Shown here in pieces: positions 13,773 to 27,589 of a stretch of 64,000 nucleotides of DNA (position 1 is its first letter; every line of letters starts with the position of its first letter). The translations under genes and the position numbers were made by a program. The stretch lies in assembly GCF_009914755.1 (NCBI RefSeq), contig NC_060929.1. One strand, 5' to 3'. Origin of the DNA: the human T2T-CHM13v2.0 reference genome, Homo sapiens. Under the pieces are notes generated by a model that was not told the DNA's origin, did no database searches, and was given only the letters and a program-made list of their open reading frames with translations.

Positions 13773-14270
13773 AGCAGGTTGTCTCAAACTAGGGACGTAT
13801 ATTCAACAAACCTGCACCTTATTCAAATGTAGATTCTGATCCTTAGGTTCTGGGTGGGGCCTGAGATCCTGCACCTCTAACAAGCTCCCAGATGACAAGC
13901 ATCCAAGATCACACTTTTCCTAGCTCTGGATCACACTTTTCCTAGCTCCTAGCAGAATCTCAGGCTCATCCCAGCCTCTTGAGCCAGAATTCAAATTTTC
14001 ACAAGAGCCCCGATTCGTTCAGATGTGCATTAAAGTGTGAGAAGCCCACACTGGATCACTGAGGGAGGTCGCAGTTGCACCTGGGGAACCAGGAACCGTG
14101 GAGGCATGAGCCCATCCTGGAGACCCTGATTTAGTTGGTGGGGAGTGGCCTGGACATCGATTGCTGCCTATTCACAGTGGTTCTTGATTTTGCTGCCATT
14201 AACATCACCTGGGGAGCTCTGAAAGGCGTCCCCGTGATGTTAATAGGCAGCAAGATCGGGAACTACTAGG
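13773..14270. mobile_element. Cluster of MER5A/MER5B relics
   Basis: At least three MER5-type segments: tagattctgat...gggtggggcctgaga; gcagaatctcaggc...cattaaagtgtgagaagc; cagtggttctt...atcacctggggagct. Confidence 0.65.
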
Positions 14271-15173
14271 CTGCGGGTTCCTCAGGTTCTAATCTATGAT
14301 GTCATTGGCTTTATCAGGGCAATTTTTCCTGGCCACATTAGGCAGGAGAGGTGCCTGTGCATCTCAGAAGTGTCTATGGAACTCTGCTTCTGAACTTCCC
14401 AGCACGCTCAAAACAGGACCTGGTTTACAGCAAAGGGCCAGCTCCTGGCAACATCATGAAACAAACGTACACTATCCTCTACCCAGGGTTCCCTTCAGCC
14501 TATAGGTGCCCGACGGCCCCTGCTCTGTGCTCCATCCTGACATCAGGAAACCCACGAATGGGAGAAAATCTCATGTCACCTGTTTACAGGTGAGTGAACA
14601 TTTAAGTCAATGGGTTGCTCTCTCCTGGGGAGCTCTAATTGTAGAATTTAAGAGGGCAGAGTGAAGCCAGTGGGAGTCCTGCCAGGTTTGAGTCACAGCT
14701 TGGCCACTTATGAGTCCCTCTCATTACCCCACCAGAGCCCGGCATCCTGATGCATAACACCCACCACCCGGCTTAGGGAGGGCTGACAGAGTGAATTACT
14801 GACAGAGGATGGCCCTTGGCCATTTCTGCTTCCTTCACTTTCCCATCACTGCCTTAGAATCTGGAGAGACTCATGCTGGCTTCACCTGGACAGGCATCCT
14901 GACACGCAAGCGAGGATTGCTCCCACCAATTTTCTGCGAGAGAAACAGGGGTTCGGTTGATTCCTGGCAACACGTTCGTGTGGGGATGCACGTGGGGGTG
15001 CAGGGCTGGACTTGGGAGATGCTTCAGCTGATAGCACACTTTTCCTTTGGGGAGTTTTCTTCCTGCTGTTATAACACCTGTCTCCAAACAAAGCCTTCAT
15101 TGGTCAACAGTGAATGATTCATTTATTCTGTGCATAGACCTATGGCGTGAGATGCATTTGGAAACCTTGAGAA

Positions 15174-15364
15174 CAGCGGTTCCCAACCTTGGTGCTTGGA
15201 GTAATGTCCGAGGACATTTTTGGTTGTCACAACTGGGGCAGGGAACTGTTGCTGGCGTCTAGTGGGTGGGGTCCAGGGGTACTGCTAAACGTCCTGCAGG
15301 GCAGAGGCTAGTGCCACCGCAGAGAATGATCCAGTGCAAATGTCGCTGGTGCTGAGAATCCTAC
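15174..15364 (+). mobile_element. MER20 DNA transposon relic
   Basis: gacatttttggttgtcacaactgggg...ctggcgtctagtgggt...tgctaaacgtcctgca. Confidence 0.85.
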
Positions 15365-15456
15365 TTCAGACCTAGGGCAAGACTGATTGCATGTGTTCAT
15401 TTATATCTGCTCTTGTAGTCATTCAGTCAAGAAATGAGCACCTTGAATGACTATTA

Positions 15457-15777
<321 letters not shown>

Positions 15778-16403
15778 TCAATGGAAGATGAACAGAGGGG
15801 CGGTGGGGCTGCCCCCCACCCATGTGGGAGGCATGGGCAATGCCTAGGTTGACCAGCTGCCCATGCTCTGAGGCAGTAGTCTCAGGGCAGGGTGTGCACC
15901 CTCCCAGGCAGGGCAGCACTCACTTATGGTACAGAAGGAATCTTAGAGCTTCCCTTACTCAGGAATGAAATGAGCTCTAGCCCCTGCCATCACCTTTTGC
16001 TCAACACTCACCCACTCCAGGCTTCAAAAGGAGGCTGCCCACATGGACAGCTCAGAGGGACTCCAGGGCACGTGGTTGATGGAGAAGCCAGATGCAGAGT
16101 GGTTCACTTGGGGGTGCAGTTCAGGAAGCCACGGGGTGGGTGTGAGGGTGTAGTGGAGCGTATCAGTGCAAGGATACCCTGAGACTGGGGGTGACATTGA
16201 CTCCACAGGCACGGGAAGGAGCTTGGAAACAGACTGAACTCAGAACATGCATGTCACGAGGGGAGGGGCTGGAGGCTTGGGGTTGGGAGAGGCTGCCTCC
16301 ACTGCTGAGGGCACAACTTCCTGGTTCAGCCCCGGCAGGCCTGCAGATCCCCCTGCATCCTTTCCCTGAAGATGGGCCATCTGTGCCTAGACAGGTTGGC
16401 ATG

Positions 16404-16783
16404 TGTATTAGATTCTTAGGGCTGCCACAGCAAAGAACCACAGACTGGGGGGCTTAAATAACACAAGTGTATTTTCTCACAGTCTAGGAGGCTGGAATTG
16501 CAAGGAGCTCAGGGTGTCAGCAGGGCTGGTTTCTCCTGAGGCCCCTCTCCTTGGCTTGCAGGTGGCCGCCTTCCCATGGTGTCCTCACATGGCCTCTCCT
16601 CTGATGTGCCTTCCTCTTCTTAGAAGGATACCAGTCCTATTGGATTAGGGTCTGCCCTAAATAACTCATTAGGACATAATTACCTCTTTAAAGATCTTAA
16701 CTCCAAATATAGTTTTATTCCGGGGTTCTGGGGGTTAGAGCTTCAACATGTTGATTTTGGGGGACACACTTCATCCCATAACA
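16404..16783 (-). mobile_element. MLT1B-like MaLR solo LTR
   Basis: tgtattag...cccataaca termini; flanks gcatg/gtgtg fit a CpG-decayed gcgtg TSD. Confidence 0.88.
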
Positions 16784-16832
16784 GTGTGGGCTGCCATTCT
16801 CCACTGGCCCTCTATCCTGGAGACACACCTCC

Positions 16833-16991
16833 TAGAGAGTTTCCTACAACATGCAGGACATCTAGTTAAATTTGATTAAATTGTATTTCAAATGCTGCAT
16901 GGGATACACTTACCCAAAAAATTATCATTGATCTGAAATTTACATTTAACCCAGCATTCTATATTTCTAGCTGCTGAGTCTGGCACCTCTA
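16833..16991. mobile_element. MER53 palindromic DNA-transposon relic
   Basis: caggacatctagttaaatttga...atctgaaatttacatttaacccagcattct...tctggcacctcta. Confidence 0.7.
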
Positions 16992-17359
16992 CCCACTGGG
17001 AAACCTCCTACTCATGGCTCCTTACCTGGGCTGCCTTGGTCTGGGACGGACACAGAAAGGTGGAGGGTGGAATTGGTGTCTGGAGGAGCAGCTGGTATCT
17101 GGGAATCCATCAAGGGCCCTGGCCTCATGGCTCTTTCAGGACAACCTATAGAAGCCACTGAGATGCTGGGGTGGCCTGTGGTTTGATAGAAACCGCAGCA
17201 TCTATTTAGGTGAATCCTGGAGGTACTTCCTGTTTCTCTTCCAGTTTTCACATCTCTGTAGAATGGGAAATGTCACACAATAACGAACCACTAACAAATG
17301 ATCCAATTTCCAGTTGCAGAAAACACATGACGTCATGCACATCATGGTGTTGAAAATAT

Positions 17360-18085
17360 GGGTGCCCAATCCCTTACCCACAATTCTGAAATCCAAAACA
17401 CTCTGGGAACATTTTTTATGTGTAAATTTGAAGACAAAACCCATTTGGGGATAAAATTGATTTGAATGGACTTGGGACTATTTATAGACTTTCTTTATCC
17501 ATTGGTGAGAATAGTGATACTGTGTTTTCTGGGGGGCACTGTCCAGACATGTGGGGGGTTGTAGGAGATTGGTCAGGGTGGTGGGAAAAATTGTAGAAAG
17601 AATGCAAACCTTCCTGGAAGGCCAGGAGGTTTTACAAAAGCTTTGGAAAAGGATTTGGGCTGAAGGCAGCCAGATTCTCTTATCTGGTACCTGAAAGCTT
17701 AGGTTAGATAACAAGGGGATGTAAAGAAACTGATCTAGATAAGTTAGTTTACTTAGGCCTCGGAACCTGGCCTTTAATCGCCTGTGTGCAGGACTGCTCT
17801 CTCTGGGGGAGTGACCATGTAAATTACCCACAAGTGTGTTGACTCAAGGCCTTTGTCATTAAATCTGTACTAAATAAATGCCCGCAGTGCCAGCTTGTCA
17901 GGGCCGTGGCTGCTGACTTTTTACAGCACCCTCCTCAGTGTCTGTGAGCGGCCTGGTCCCCTAGCCCACTCTTTCACTGGATACCTGTGTCTGAGTGCAT
18001 GTGTTCATCTGTTGTTCGGCCAGGATCTGCAGGCCAGACCCAGCAGTGGGTAGTAAGTGATATTCAGGATATGTCCTGTATTACC
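17360..18085. mobile_element. Tigger-like (TcMar) relic, split by LTR22
   Basis: atcccttacccacaattctgaaatccaaaa...actatttatagac; resumes briefly after 18051. Family uncertain. Confidence 0.5.
17560..18045 (+). mobile_element. LTR22 (HERV-K HML-5) solo LTR, LTR22B/C-like
   Basis: tgtaggagattggtcagggtggtgggaaaa...gacccagca; AATAAA at 17873-17878; 6-bp TSD gggggt/gtgggt; no PBS downstream. Confidence 0.85.
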
Positions 18086-18550
18086 AGCCTACAGCTCCCC
18101 AAACTCGAATGCCAAAAACCCACAGCTTTCTGGATAAATGATTGTGCAGCTACAACAGCAGACAGGCACCGAGCTCTTAAACTGTGGGAGGCACAATGCT
18201 AAATGCTTTAGGTTTCTTATCTCTTTAATCCTCATAATCTGCAAAATGGATACTTTTATTTGCATTTTTGGTAAGCTGTTTTTGTGTTGAAGTATGACAT
18301 GCCCACAGAAAAGCCCACGAATCAGGTGCCCAGCTGGAAGAATTATTAGAAAGTGAGTCCACACCCATGACACCACCCAGCGCCATCTCTCAGCAGCGCC
18401 CCAGAGGCTCCCACCACAGCCTGCCGCCATCATTACCTCCCAGATTCTCACTTTCATCACCAAAGATTCATTCTGCCTAGAAAAAAAAAAATGCTGTCAT
18501 TTATTGAGCAGTTATTATGTGCCAGGAACTTATATTATTTCTCACATTGA

Positions 18551-19055
<505 letters not shown>

Positions 19056-19174
19056 AGGGTGAGTATTCTTATTATTTCATTTTACAAGCAAAAAGAAGCC
19101 AGAGCTGAGAGCTGTTATGTCATGTTCTATTCTATATCATATTATGCATCTTATCATGTTATGTATCATAACCT

Positions 19175-19712
19175 CAGCTCAGGGAATTTTCGCAGACAGA
19201 ACACACTCTGCTAACTAGCACCCAGATCAAGGAACAGAATATTAGAAGCAGCAGAGAAACTGCCCCCTCAATCCCACAGCCCCCCAAGTCGCTATCCCCT
19301 CCCAAAGGTAAGCACTATTCTGACTCCTGACACCTTTTGCCTGTTTTTGAACTGCCTGTCAATGGAACGAAATGGTCTATTCTTTTTGGTGCCTGATTTT
19401 CTCTCAGCATGATGTTCATTAAGCCCATCCACATTGCCACGTGAGGCTGGAGTTTGCTCTTTTTTAGTGCTGAGTAGAATTCCACCATTATTTAAGCACA
19501 CCTCTATTTATTCACCCATTTTCCCCTTGCAGGATGGAGGTTAGAAATGTTTTCACTTTTTAGCAATCACCAGCAGTGCTGCTCTCTAAATTCTTGCATG
19601 TCTTTTGGCGGACAAACACACACGTTTCTGTTTAGCATATGTGTTGGGGCGGATTGGGGGGCATCACAATAGTGTGTGTGTGTGTCTGTTTAGCTTTTCA
19701 AAAACTTCCAAG
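19175..19712 (-). mobile_element. Ancient L1 (L1ME-like) 3' UTR fragment
   Basis: cacccagatcaaggaacagaatatt...cactattctgact...tttgcctgtttttgaact. Confidence 0.75.
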
Positions 19713-19714
19713 CT

Positions 19715-20023
19715 GGCCAGGCATGGTGGCTCACCCCTGTAATCCCAACACTTTGGGAGGCCGAGGCAGGCAGATCACTTGAGGCCGGGACTTTAAGACG
19801 AGCCTGGCCAACATGGTGAAACTCCTTCTCTAACAAAAATACAAAAAAAAAATCCGCCAGGTATGGTGGTGCATGCCTCTAATCCCAGCTACTCAGGAGG
19901 CTGAGGAATGAGAATCACTTGAACCTGGGAGGAGGAGGTTGCAGTTAGTGGAGATCATGCCACTGCACTCTAGCCTGGGTGGCAGAGCGAGACTCCATCT
20001 CAAAACAAACAAACAAACAAACA
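19715..20023 (+). mobile_element. Full-length Alu (AluS), no TSD visible
   Basis: Dimeric Alu with (CAAA)n tail. Confidence 0.93.
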
Positions 20024-20270
20024 GGCCATGTGAAGATGAAGGCAAAGATCAGGGTGATGCCTCTACAAACCAAGGAACCCCAGGTTTTCCCTGCCAACAC
20101 CAGAAGTTAGAGGAGAGGCCTGGCAGATTTGCTCTCACAGCCTCAGTAGGAACCAACCCTGCGGACACCTTGCTCTTGGACTAACAGCCTGCAGAGCTCC
20201 GAGGTGAGGCACTTCTGTGGTTTAAGCCCCTCTGCTCATGACACTTTGTTACTGCAGCCCCAGCATACTC
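20024..20270 (+). mobile_element. MLT1B/C 3' half
   Basis: ggccatgtgaagatgaaggc...ggaaccaaccctgcggacaccttg...ctttgttactgcagccc. Confidence 0.8.
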
Positions 20271-20329
20271 CTCCACGGAGTGATGCTTCATGTTTAAAAA
20301 GACATCTGCTCTGTAAAGAACACTCATCT

Positions 20330-20642
20330 GGCCGGGCGCAGTGGCTCACACCTGTAATCCCAGCACTTTGGGAGGCTGAGACAGGCGGATTACCTGAGGT
20401 CAGAAGTTTGAGACTAGCCTGGCCAACATGGTGAAACCCCATCTCTACTAAAAATAAAATTAAAAAATTAGCAGGGCATAGTGGCAGGCACCTGTAATCC
20501 CAGCTACTCGGGAGGCTGAGGCGTGAGAATCACTTGAACCCAGGAGGTGAGGTTGCAGTGAGCTGAGATTGCACCACTGCACTCCAGCCTGGGAGACAGA
20601 GTGAGACTCTGTCTCAAAACAAAACAAAACAAAACAAAACAA
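20330..20642 (+). mobile_element. Full-length Alu (AluSx-like)
   Basis: TSD aacactcatc. Confidence 0.95.
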
Positions 20643-21025
20643 AACACTCATCCTAGTGTTCCTTGAGGTGGTCTGATTAGCAGCTAATGGGTTTACAACA
20701 GCTTTCCCTTTTCAAATTTGATTTCAGAAGCCATCAGCTGCATGATTTGTTGTATGTCTGAATGCTTGAAGTGAAGGTTGATAGTTGATAGGAGCTGGCT
20801 GATTCTGGTCTATAAGTGTGGCTGGGCTGACAAATAGGCATCCACCTACTTGGGCTGGGTCCCGGGAGCAGCCTCAGGAATTGAGATTCCTGCATCTGCC
20901 TTCATGGTCTTTATCTTCCAGGCCTCCCTCTCCCTGTCATGGCTCAGGCGGGGACCACGGCAGAGGGTGGGCCACACCATCTTTCAAGGGCAGCTGGGCC
21001 CCTTCTGGCAGCTGGATGAACCTTA

Positions 21026-21313
<288 letters not shown>

Positions 21314-21527
21314 GAATGCTGTTCTTCCTGGGCAGAGAGTTTCTCTGTTCTGGAGGTCATCCAGTAGCCCGGCCCCAAGGTGATCTCTCTGGATGGGTGA
21401 GGGGAGGAGGGGTCTCCTCCAGCTGGAAGCATCGAATCAGGACTAGCACTTCCTAAGAGCACGTGGCCCAGAACTGGGCTAAAAATAGTACAATTTTTAA
21501 AAATTACACTAAGCTTTGATTTCAGAG

Positions 21528-21969
21528 TGTATTGGTTTCCTGGGGCTGCTGTAACCAAGTGCCACAAACTGGGTGGCTTAAGACAACACACATTTATTCT
21601 CTCACAGTTCTGAGGGCCAGAAATCCCGAAGCAAGGTGCTGGCTGGGCCATCCTCTCTCCCAAGGCTCCCCGGAAGAAGCTGCTCTTGCGTCCCCTCATT
21701 CTGATAGTCACAGCGCCCCTGGTGTCTTTAGTTTGGAGCTCCAATGTCTGCCTCTGTTTTCACGTGGCCTTTTCCCCATGTGTCTGTGTCTCTGTGTCCA
21801 AATTTCTCTCTTTTTTTAGGACACCAATCACTAGATAAGGGCCGACCCTCCTCCAGCATGACTTCATCTAAATTTGACTGCATTCACAAAGACCCTATTT
21901 CCACGTAAGGGCTCACTCTGAGATTCCGGTGGACATACATTTTGGAAAGACACTGTTCAACCCAGTATA
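21528..21969 (-). mobile_element. MLT1C-like MaLR solo LTR
   Basis: tgtattggtttcctggggctgctgtaac...ggtggacat...gacactgttcaaccc. Confidence 0.85.
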
Positions 21970-23039
21970 GAGTCTTTCCTGTTTTGAAGTAGTTTTTGCT
22001 AAATTCAATTTTAGAATGCCTTCCTCCACTTCCTTGAGCTTGGATAGTTTAGAAATTTGAAAATTTGCCTGTTAGGGTAATCTCCGTATCTTAACATAAT
22101 GTAAGTTTATTTTGGTCACGTGAAGTTCAAAATGAGTGATCTTGAGGGGCAGTTGGTGTCCATCTAAGCAGTGATTTGGGGGCCTGAGCTCCTTCTATGT
22201 GGGATGCCCCAATCTTCCATGTGGGAACCCTCCAAACTTCCATGTGGGTCCCAAGGTCCCTATGCTCCCCTGTCTCAAGCTGAAGGGGAAGAGCATGGCG
22301 TGTGGGGAGCCAGGCCAGGAAGTACTGCTCATCCTGTCCATGCGTATTCACTGGGCCAGAATTCAGCTACAGGCCACAGTGAAGCCAGGAGGGGTAGGCT
22401 GGCCGTGCACCCAGGAAGCAGAGGAAGGGGTTGGGGAAGAGCCGCAGCTGAGGCTGGCGAGTCAGGATGGCGCCTGGAGGGCAGCTCCTCCTAGGACTCA
22501 TTTCCCTTTGCTTTCCCCCCTTCTTCCGCCTCTCCACCTTGCTAGCCCTGGCGGGTCTCTAGTCAAGAGGGTCAGTTTCCAAACCTCATGGCACGAGACC
22601 CTTCCCCACTGACATGCAAACAGCAAAGGAGCACCTCCCATTTAAGGGGAGACTGAATGATCAAATGCTAAAGGAATACATCTTTGGGGGTGCTGTGAAC
22701 GCCCTCAGTGAATCTGGGTGATCCAGCCTGGTGGATTGTGGGGGCCCTGAAGATGCGCTTCTCACTAAACCTCCCTCTATGCCCACTAGGAGCCCACTGC
22801 ATCTCAGAGCAGGGGATGGAACAGTTCCCCTGGGGCGGGGCTGGTGCTTAGGAAGCTGGGCCCAGGTATCCTGGACGGAGTGCTTGGAGTCTTGTCTGAA
22901 CAGGATCCTCAGGCTGTGCCACACAGTCCCAGGGCAGATTACACTTGACACCTGCCCCCTCACTGGCCACTTCACCTTGCCAGTGGTTTTCAAACTGCCA
23001 GGCAAGGCCAGTTGAAACCAGTGCTTAAAAATAAAACAG

Positions 23040-23300
23040 GGCAGGGTACAGTGGCTCATGCCTGTAATCACAAGAATTTGGGAGGATCCCTTAAGCTCAG
23101 GAGTTGGAGACCAGCTGGCAACATAGTGAGACTTTGTCTCTACTAAGAGAAAAAAAATTAGCTGGGCGTGGCAGTGGGTGCCTGGAGTCCCAGCTACTTG
23201 GGAGGCTGAGGTGGGAGGATTGCTAGCCCAGGAGGTTGAGGCTGCAGTGAGCCGAGATTGCACCACTGCATCCAAACTGGGTAATAGACTGAGACCCTGT

Positions 23301-23306
<6 letters not shown>
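23040..23306 (+). mobile_element. AluJ with a short left-arm deletion
   Basis: J-type right arm; the segment between the two gggagg words is missing. Confidence 0.9.

Positions 23307-23350
<44 letters not shown>
23307..23350 (+). repeat. (AC)22 microsatellite replacing the Alu tail
   Basis: Perfect dinucleotide run. Confidence 0.97.
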
Positions 23351-23354
<4 letters not shown>

Positions 23355-23498
23355 CCTACTAGAAAAATACCAGGTACATAGAACACAGTGAGAGAAAGTA
23401 CTGTGTCATTAAATCTTGATTCCATGTTTATATGTATATTTTCTGGGTTGTGATATAAAACATTTCTTTCCAAGTGAGGCAATCAAAAACTGAAAGCT

Positions 23499-23827
<329 letters not shown>

Positions 23828-23949
23828 TTTGAAAGCCACTGTCCTATGTGGTAGAATTTGGAAGTCAATGATAACACAGGGAGGTAGTAATTATTTTCCA
23901 GGTTTCAGAAGTGCTTGTGGGTCCCGATAGGAGAGATGCTGTGATGGTG

Positions 23950-24270
23950 TGAGGTCAAGGAGGACTCTGGGCTGGGTTGAATCGGGGCTGTACCACTTCC
24001 CTCAGGAGGTCCTTGTGAGGGCGACTCCATTGCCTGGGCCTCCACTTTTCATCTGTAAAATGGGCTAAATATCTACCTTGATGGGGAGGAGGAGGATGAA
24101 ATAGCTCCTCACTCTTGAATGCTCCCTGTCCTAGGATTTGTTCTGAGTCTTTTATGTATATTACATCAGTCTTTCTTCACAATATCCCTCTGGTTAAGTG
24201 CTAGTACCATTAGTTTATCAGTACAGGTAAGGACACTAAGACACGGAGAGGTGAAGTCACCTGCCCAAGT
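23950..24270. mobile_element. Two opposed MIR fragments
   Basis: catctgtaaaatggg (+) followed by gaggtgaagtcacctgcccaag (-). Confidence 0.6.
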
Positions 24271-26111
24271 GAGCTGATGTCAATGAAAATCTGTATCATG
24301 CCAAATACTGTGTCTGGCACATAGCAAGCACAGAGCAAATTTTAATTTTCTTACCCTTAATTTTGTTTCAATCGCTTTAAAGGATCCTCAGATATAGGCA
24401 GACAAACAAGCTGGTGGAAGATGTGTGAGAAGCACACTTCAAACTGCCAGGAAGCTGGCTTCTATGGAGTCCCAAAGTGTGAAATTAGCTCCTCTTCTGT
24501 GAGGGTCCCTGGAAACAGTGGCTGCTCCCTGCAGGAGGCAGAGTCCCTGCAAGCCCTACTCTTCAGCATCAGAGGAACTGCAAGGGAAGTCAAAGAAAGG
24601 GGACCCTCCCCTCCAGCCCTTAGGGGAAGACTCATCGATGGTTTCAGGGAGGAAAGAGAATGATGGGCCTGGCTCACAGTACACTACCTTCTTGCTGGAT
24701 TTTAAAGATTAGAGGCCCAGGAACCCCCAGCCCTACTCCACACCCTGCAATACAGATCAGCTTCAAGGGGTCTCCACCTCCCCTGCCCACGATGGCCGGC
24801 CCCACTCCTCCAGTAGAGACTGTGGGCCCCACTGTCTGGAGGCCAAGGGAGAACAGAGCTGCTTCTCCCTGGGGGAGATCAGACAAGTAATTAGACCAAA
24901 CTGCAAGAGGCAGCTATGTCATTGCTTCTCAGAAATGATAAACAGCGCAAAGAGAGGATTGCATCACTTCTTCCCAGGGGCGCTGGGACATTTGCTCTCA
25001 GAGTCCAAGCTGGGTCGCATTTTAATCAGAGGGGGGCTGTGGACTGATTCCCTGCCGAGTGCAGAAATGTTTCATCAGCAATTAGTATGAGCACTCCAAA
25101 AGGAAGCTACACGTTCTCCTTGCCTTGTTCCCACGTTTGCTTGTTCCAAGTCGTGTCTTTATACTATCTTAACTATATAATGTCATTTATGCCATATTTT
25201 AAAATAGTTGTCTTCTTATAGAACCCATGACTTTGTTTGACTTCATTAACAAAACTTAGTAATTTACCTTGCACAGAGCCTGCCCATATGGGATATGAAA
25301 TTAGTATTTGCAGAATAAAAAGATGTTGATGACAATAATAATACACATAATGACATAATAATATTAAAGTAAAAGCTAACTTGCGGGGGCCCTCTCTTCT
25401 GCCTCCTGTCTGAAGAGGGCTGCCTCTGCAGTGAGCCTGGACGTGGGACTACTGCACACATGACCCTGCGGACATCAGGCCGGGAGCAGGTGGAGGCGGG
25501 TGGCGGAGGAAGTGGTAGAGGAGGAGATGCCAGGAGCTCCCTGAGCCAGCGCTCCCACAGAAGGAAGTTCATCAGAAAATCACAGAGGGCCTGGGACCCA
25601 AGGTCCCCCATCCCTCACCCCACCCACCCCATCAGAGGTTTGTTCCCGAGTACCTGTGTTTTAAAGTGCCCAGATGGCCTCCAGCTGCCCACTCTAGCAC
25701 TTACAAGTTTGGAGTCCAGGGTCCCCAGACCGTGGGGTGGCAGTGACCACACTGGCCTCCTGAAGTGGGCAGGTCAGAGGATCCCAGGCCTGGCTGCTCA
25801 GAGTGCTGTCTGCCAGCTGGGGGTGACATTCCTGTCCTGGCTGTGACTGTCCCCTCAGCTTCCGCCTTATTCACCCCTGATGGGAGGCAGAGGTGGAGCC
25901 AGGAGAGCTCTGCTCATGACTGTGCTCCAGGAGGCTCCACCTCCGTGTGCACCCAGAAGGCCCACAGGAGAGATGTTGTAGCCTGCAAAGCACTACTGCC
26001 TGCACGACTGCACGGCCGGCTCCACAGGCTCCTCGGAAACGACAGCAGGAGCAAAGATGAGGGCTACAGTGCCAGGTGAACACCTGGGAGCCGTCTGTGT
26101 CCATCTCTGAG

Positions 26112-26483
26112 TTCTATTCGTTTGCTAAGGCTGACCTAAGAAAGTGCCACATACTGGGAGGCTTATAGCACACAGGTGATTTTCTCACTGTCCTGGAGAC
26201 TGGATGTCCAAGGTGTGCAGGCTGGTTTCTCCGAAGGCCTCTCTCCCTGGCTGCAGGTGGCCGCCTTCCTGCTGCATCCACCCTCGGCCTTTCCTCTGTG
26301 CAACAGCGTGCCTGCGGTCTCTTCCTCTTCATATAAGGACCCCAGTCCTAGTGGATTATGGCCTACCCTAATAGCCTCATTTAACCCCCATTCCCTCCTT
26401 AAAGGTACTGTCTCCAAATACAGTCACATTGGGGGTTAGGGCTCCAGCGTATGAATTTGGGGGGACACCATTCAGTACACAGC
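26112..26483 (-). mobile_element. MLT1B-like MaLR solo LTR
   Basis: tctccaaatacagtcacattgggggttagggctccagcgtatgaatttggggggacac. Confidence 0.85.
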
Positions 26484-26943
26484 AGGAGGAAAATCACTTT
26501 CACAGTCACACAGCACTTCCAAGCTGTGTGTGTTGCCTTACGTGTCCAGCACCATGCGTGAAGTATTGTCGCAGCTGTTTTCGTTAGGATGTGTGGGAAG
26601 AGCACATCTGTCATCAGTTCCAGCCCCCAGTGACCAAGAACACGTCCCTTTGGCTCTGCCTCTGGCTCACACTGGACTGGGACTAGAGCTCACAGCTGCA
26701 GGTGCCAGGCCTGAGGGCTGCAGGCTTGCTGCCAGGCCCAGGGCATGGGCTATCCATCCCATATTCCACCCAGGTGCAGACAGACCAACATGAGTACCCA
26801 GGAGAGCTGCAACCCCTGGGCGCCACCGAGACCCCCTCTCAGCCTGGCCCCCTCCATTCTTTCACTTGAGTAATGCAGGTTCTCTAGGTGCTATATACAG
26901 TGCTTTGCAAACTCAGCTTCCAGCTTTGTGCAAAGAGACCCTT

Positions 26944-27535
26944 GTGAAGGGGGTCCTTAGACTACCTTTGGGTTTGGCAACTCGCTAGTAGGACTCACAG
27001 CACTAAGAAAGGCTATTAGATTTGTGCTTACACTTTGAAAATACAGATTTAAATTAGCAAAGGAAAAAGGAACATAGAGCGGAGTCCAGGAGAAACTCGC
27101 ACAAGCTTCTGGTGTCCTTGTCCTGCGGGGCTGAACGGATAGCGTTTATTTTCCCCAGCAACGATGTTTCACGGCACACTTGAGGTGTTAGCCACCATGA
27201 AAGCTTACCTATGCACTGGTGTTCAGGGTTTTCATTGGGGTCAGTCACATAGGCATGCAGTGCCCATGTGACTGACCTCGGCTACTTGGACCTCAGCCCA
27301 ACAGAGGTGAAATTAATAGAGCATGGCCCAGAGCCTCGGGCACGTGTGAACAGGCTTTCATCATAAATCACACTGTTGGCATAAACTAAGGATGTGGCCC
27401 AAGGCCTCAGATACACAAAGCCACCCTTATCAGGAGGGACACTCCAAGGACTCAGGGGTCATCTCTTCGGAGCTGATCAAGGCTGTATGCAGGGTTTGGT
27501 CAACTCAGATCTGCTGAGTCACCCTTGACATCACA
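26944..27535 (-). mobile_element. MER77/MER68-group ERVL solo LTR
   Basis: cataaatcacactgttggcataaact and ggggtcagtcacataggcatg; reverse complement of the element at 30691. Confidence 0.75.
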
Positions 27536-27589
27536 GCTGACATCCCTAAGTCTCTTTGGCTGGGACATGTGGGAGCTGCTGCTGTCAGT

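Noticed and set aside
16833-16991. miR-1302-type hairpin from MER53
   Set aside because: The palindrome is centrally deleted and diverged, and the region matching the recalled mature sequence has several mismatches.
22661-23482. Longest ORF in the track (273 aa, minus strand)
   Set aside because: It runs through a (TG)n repeat and an antisense AluJ, with no recognisable domain.
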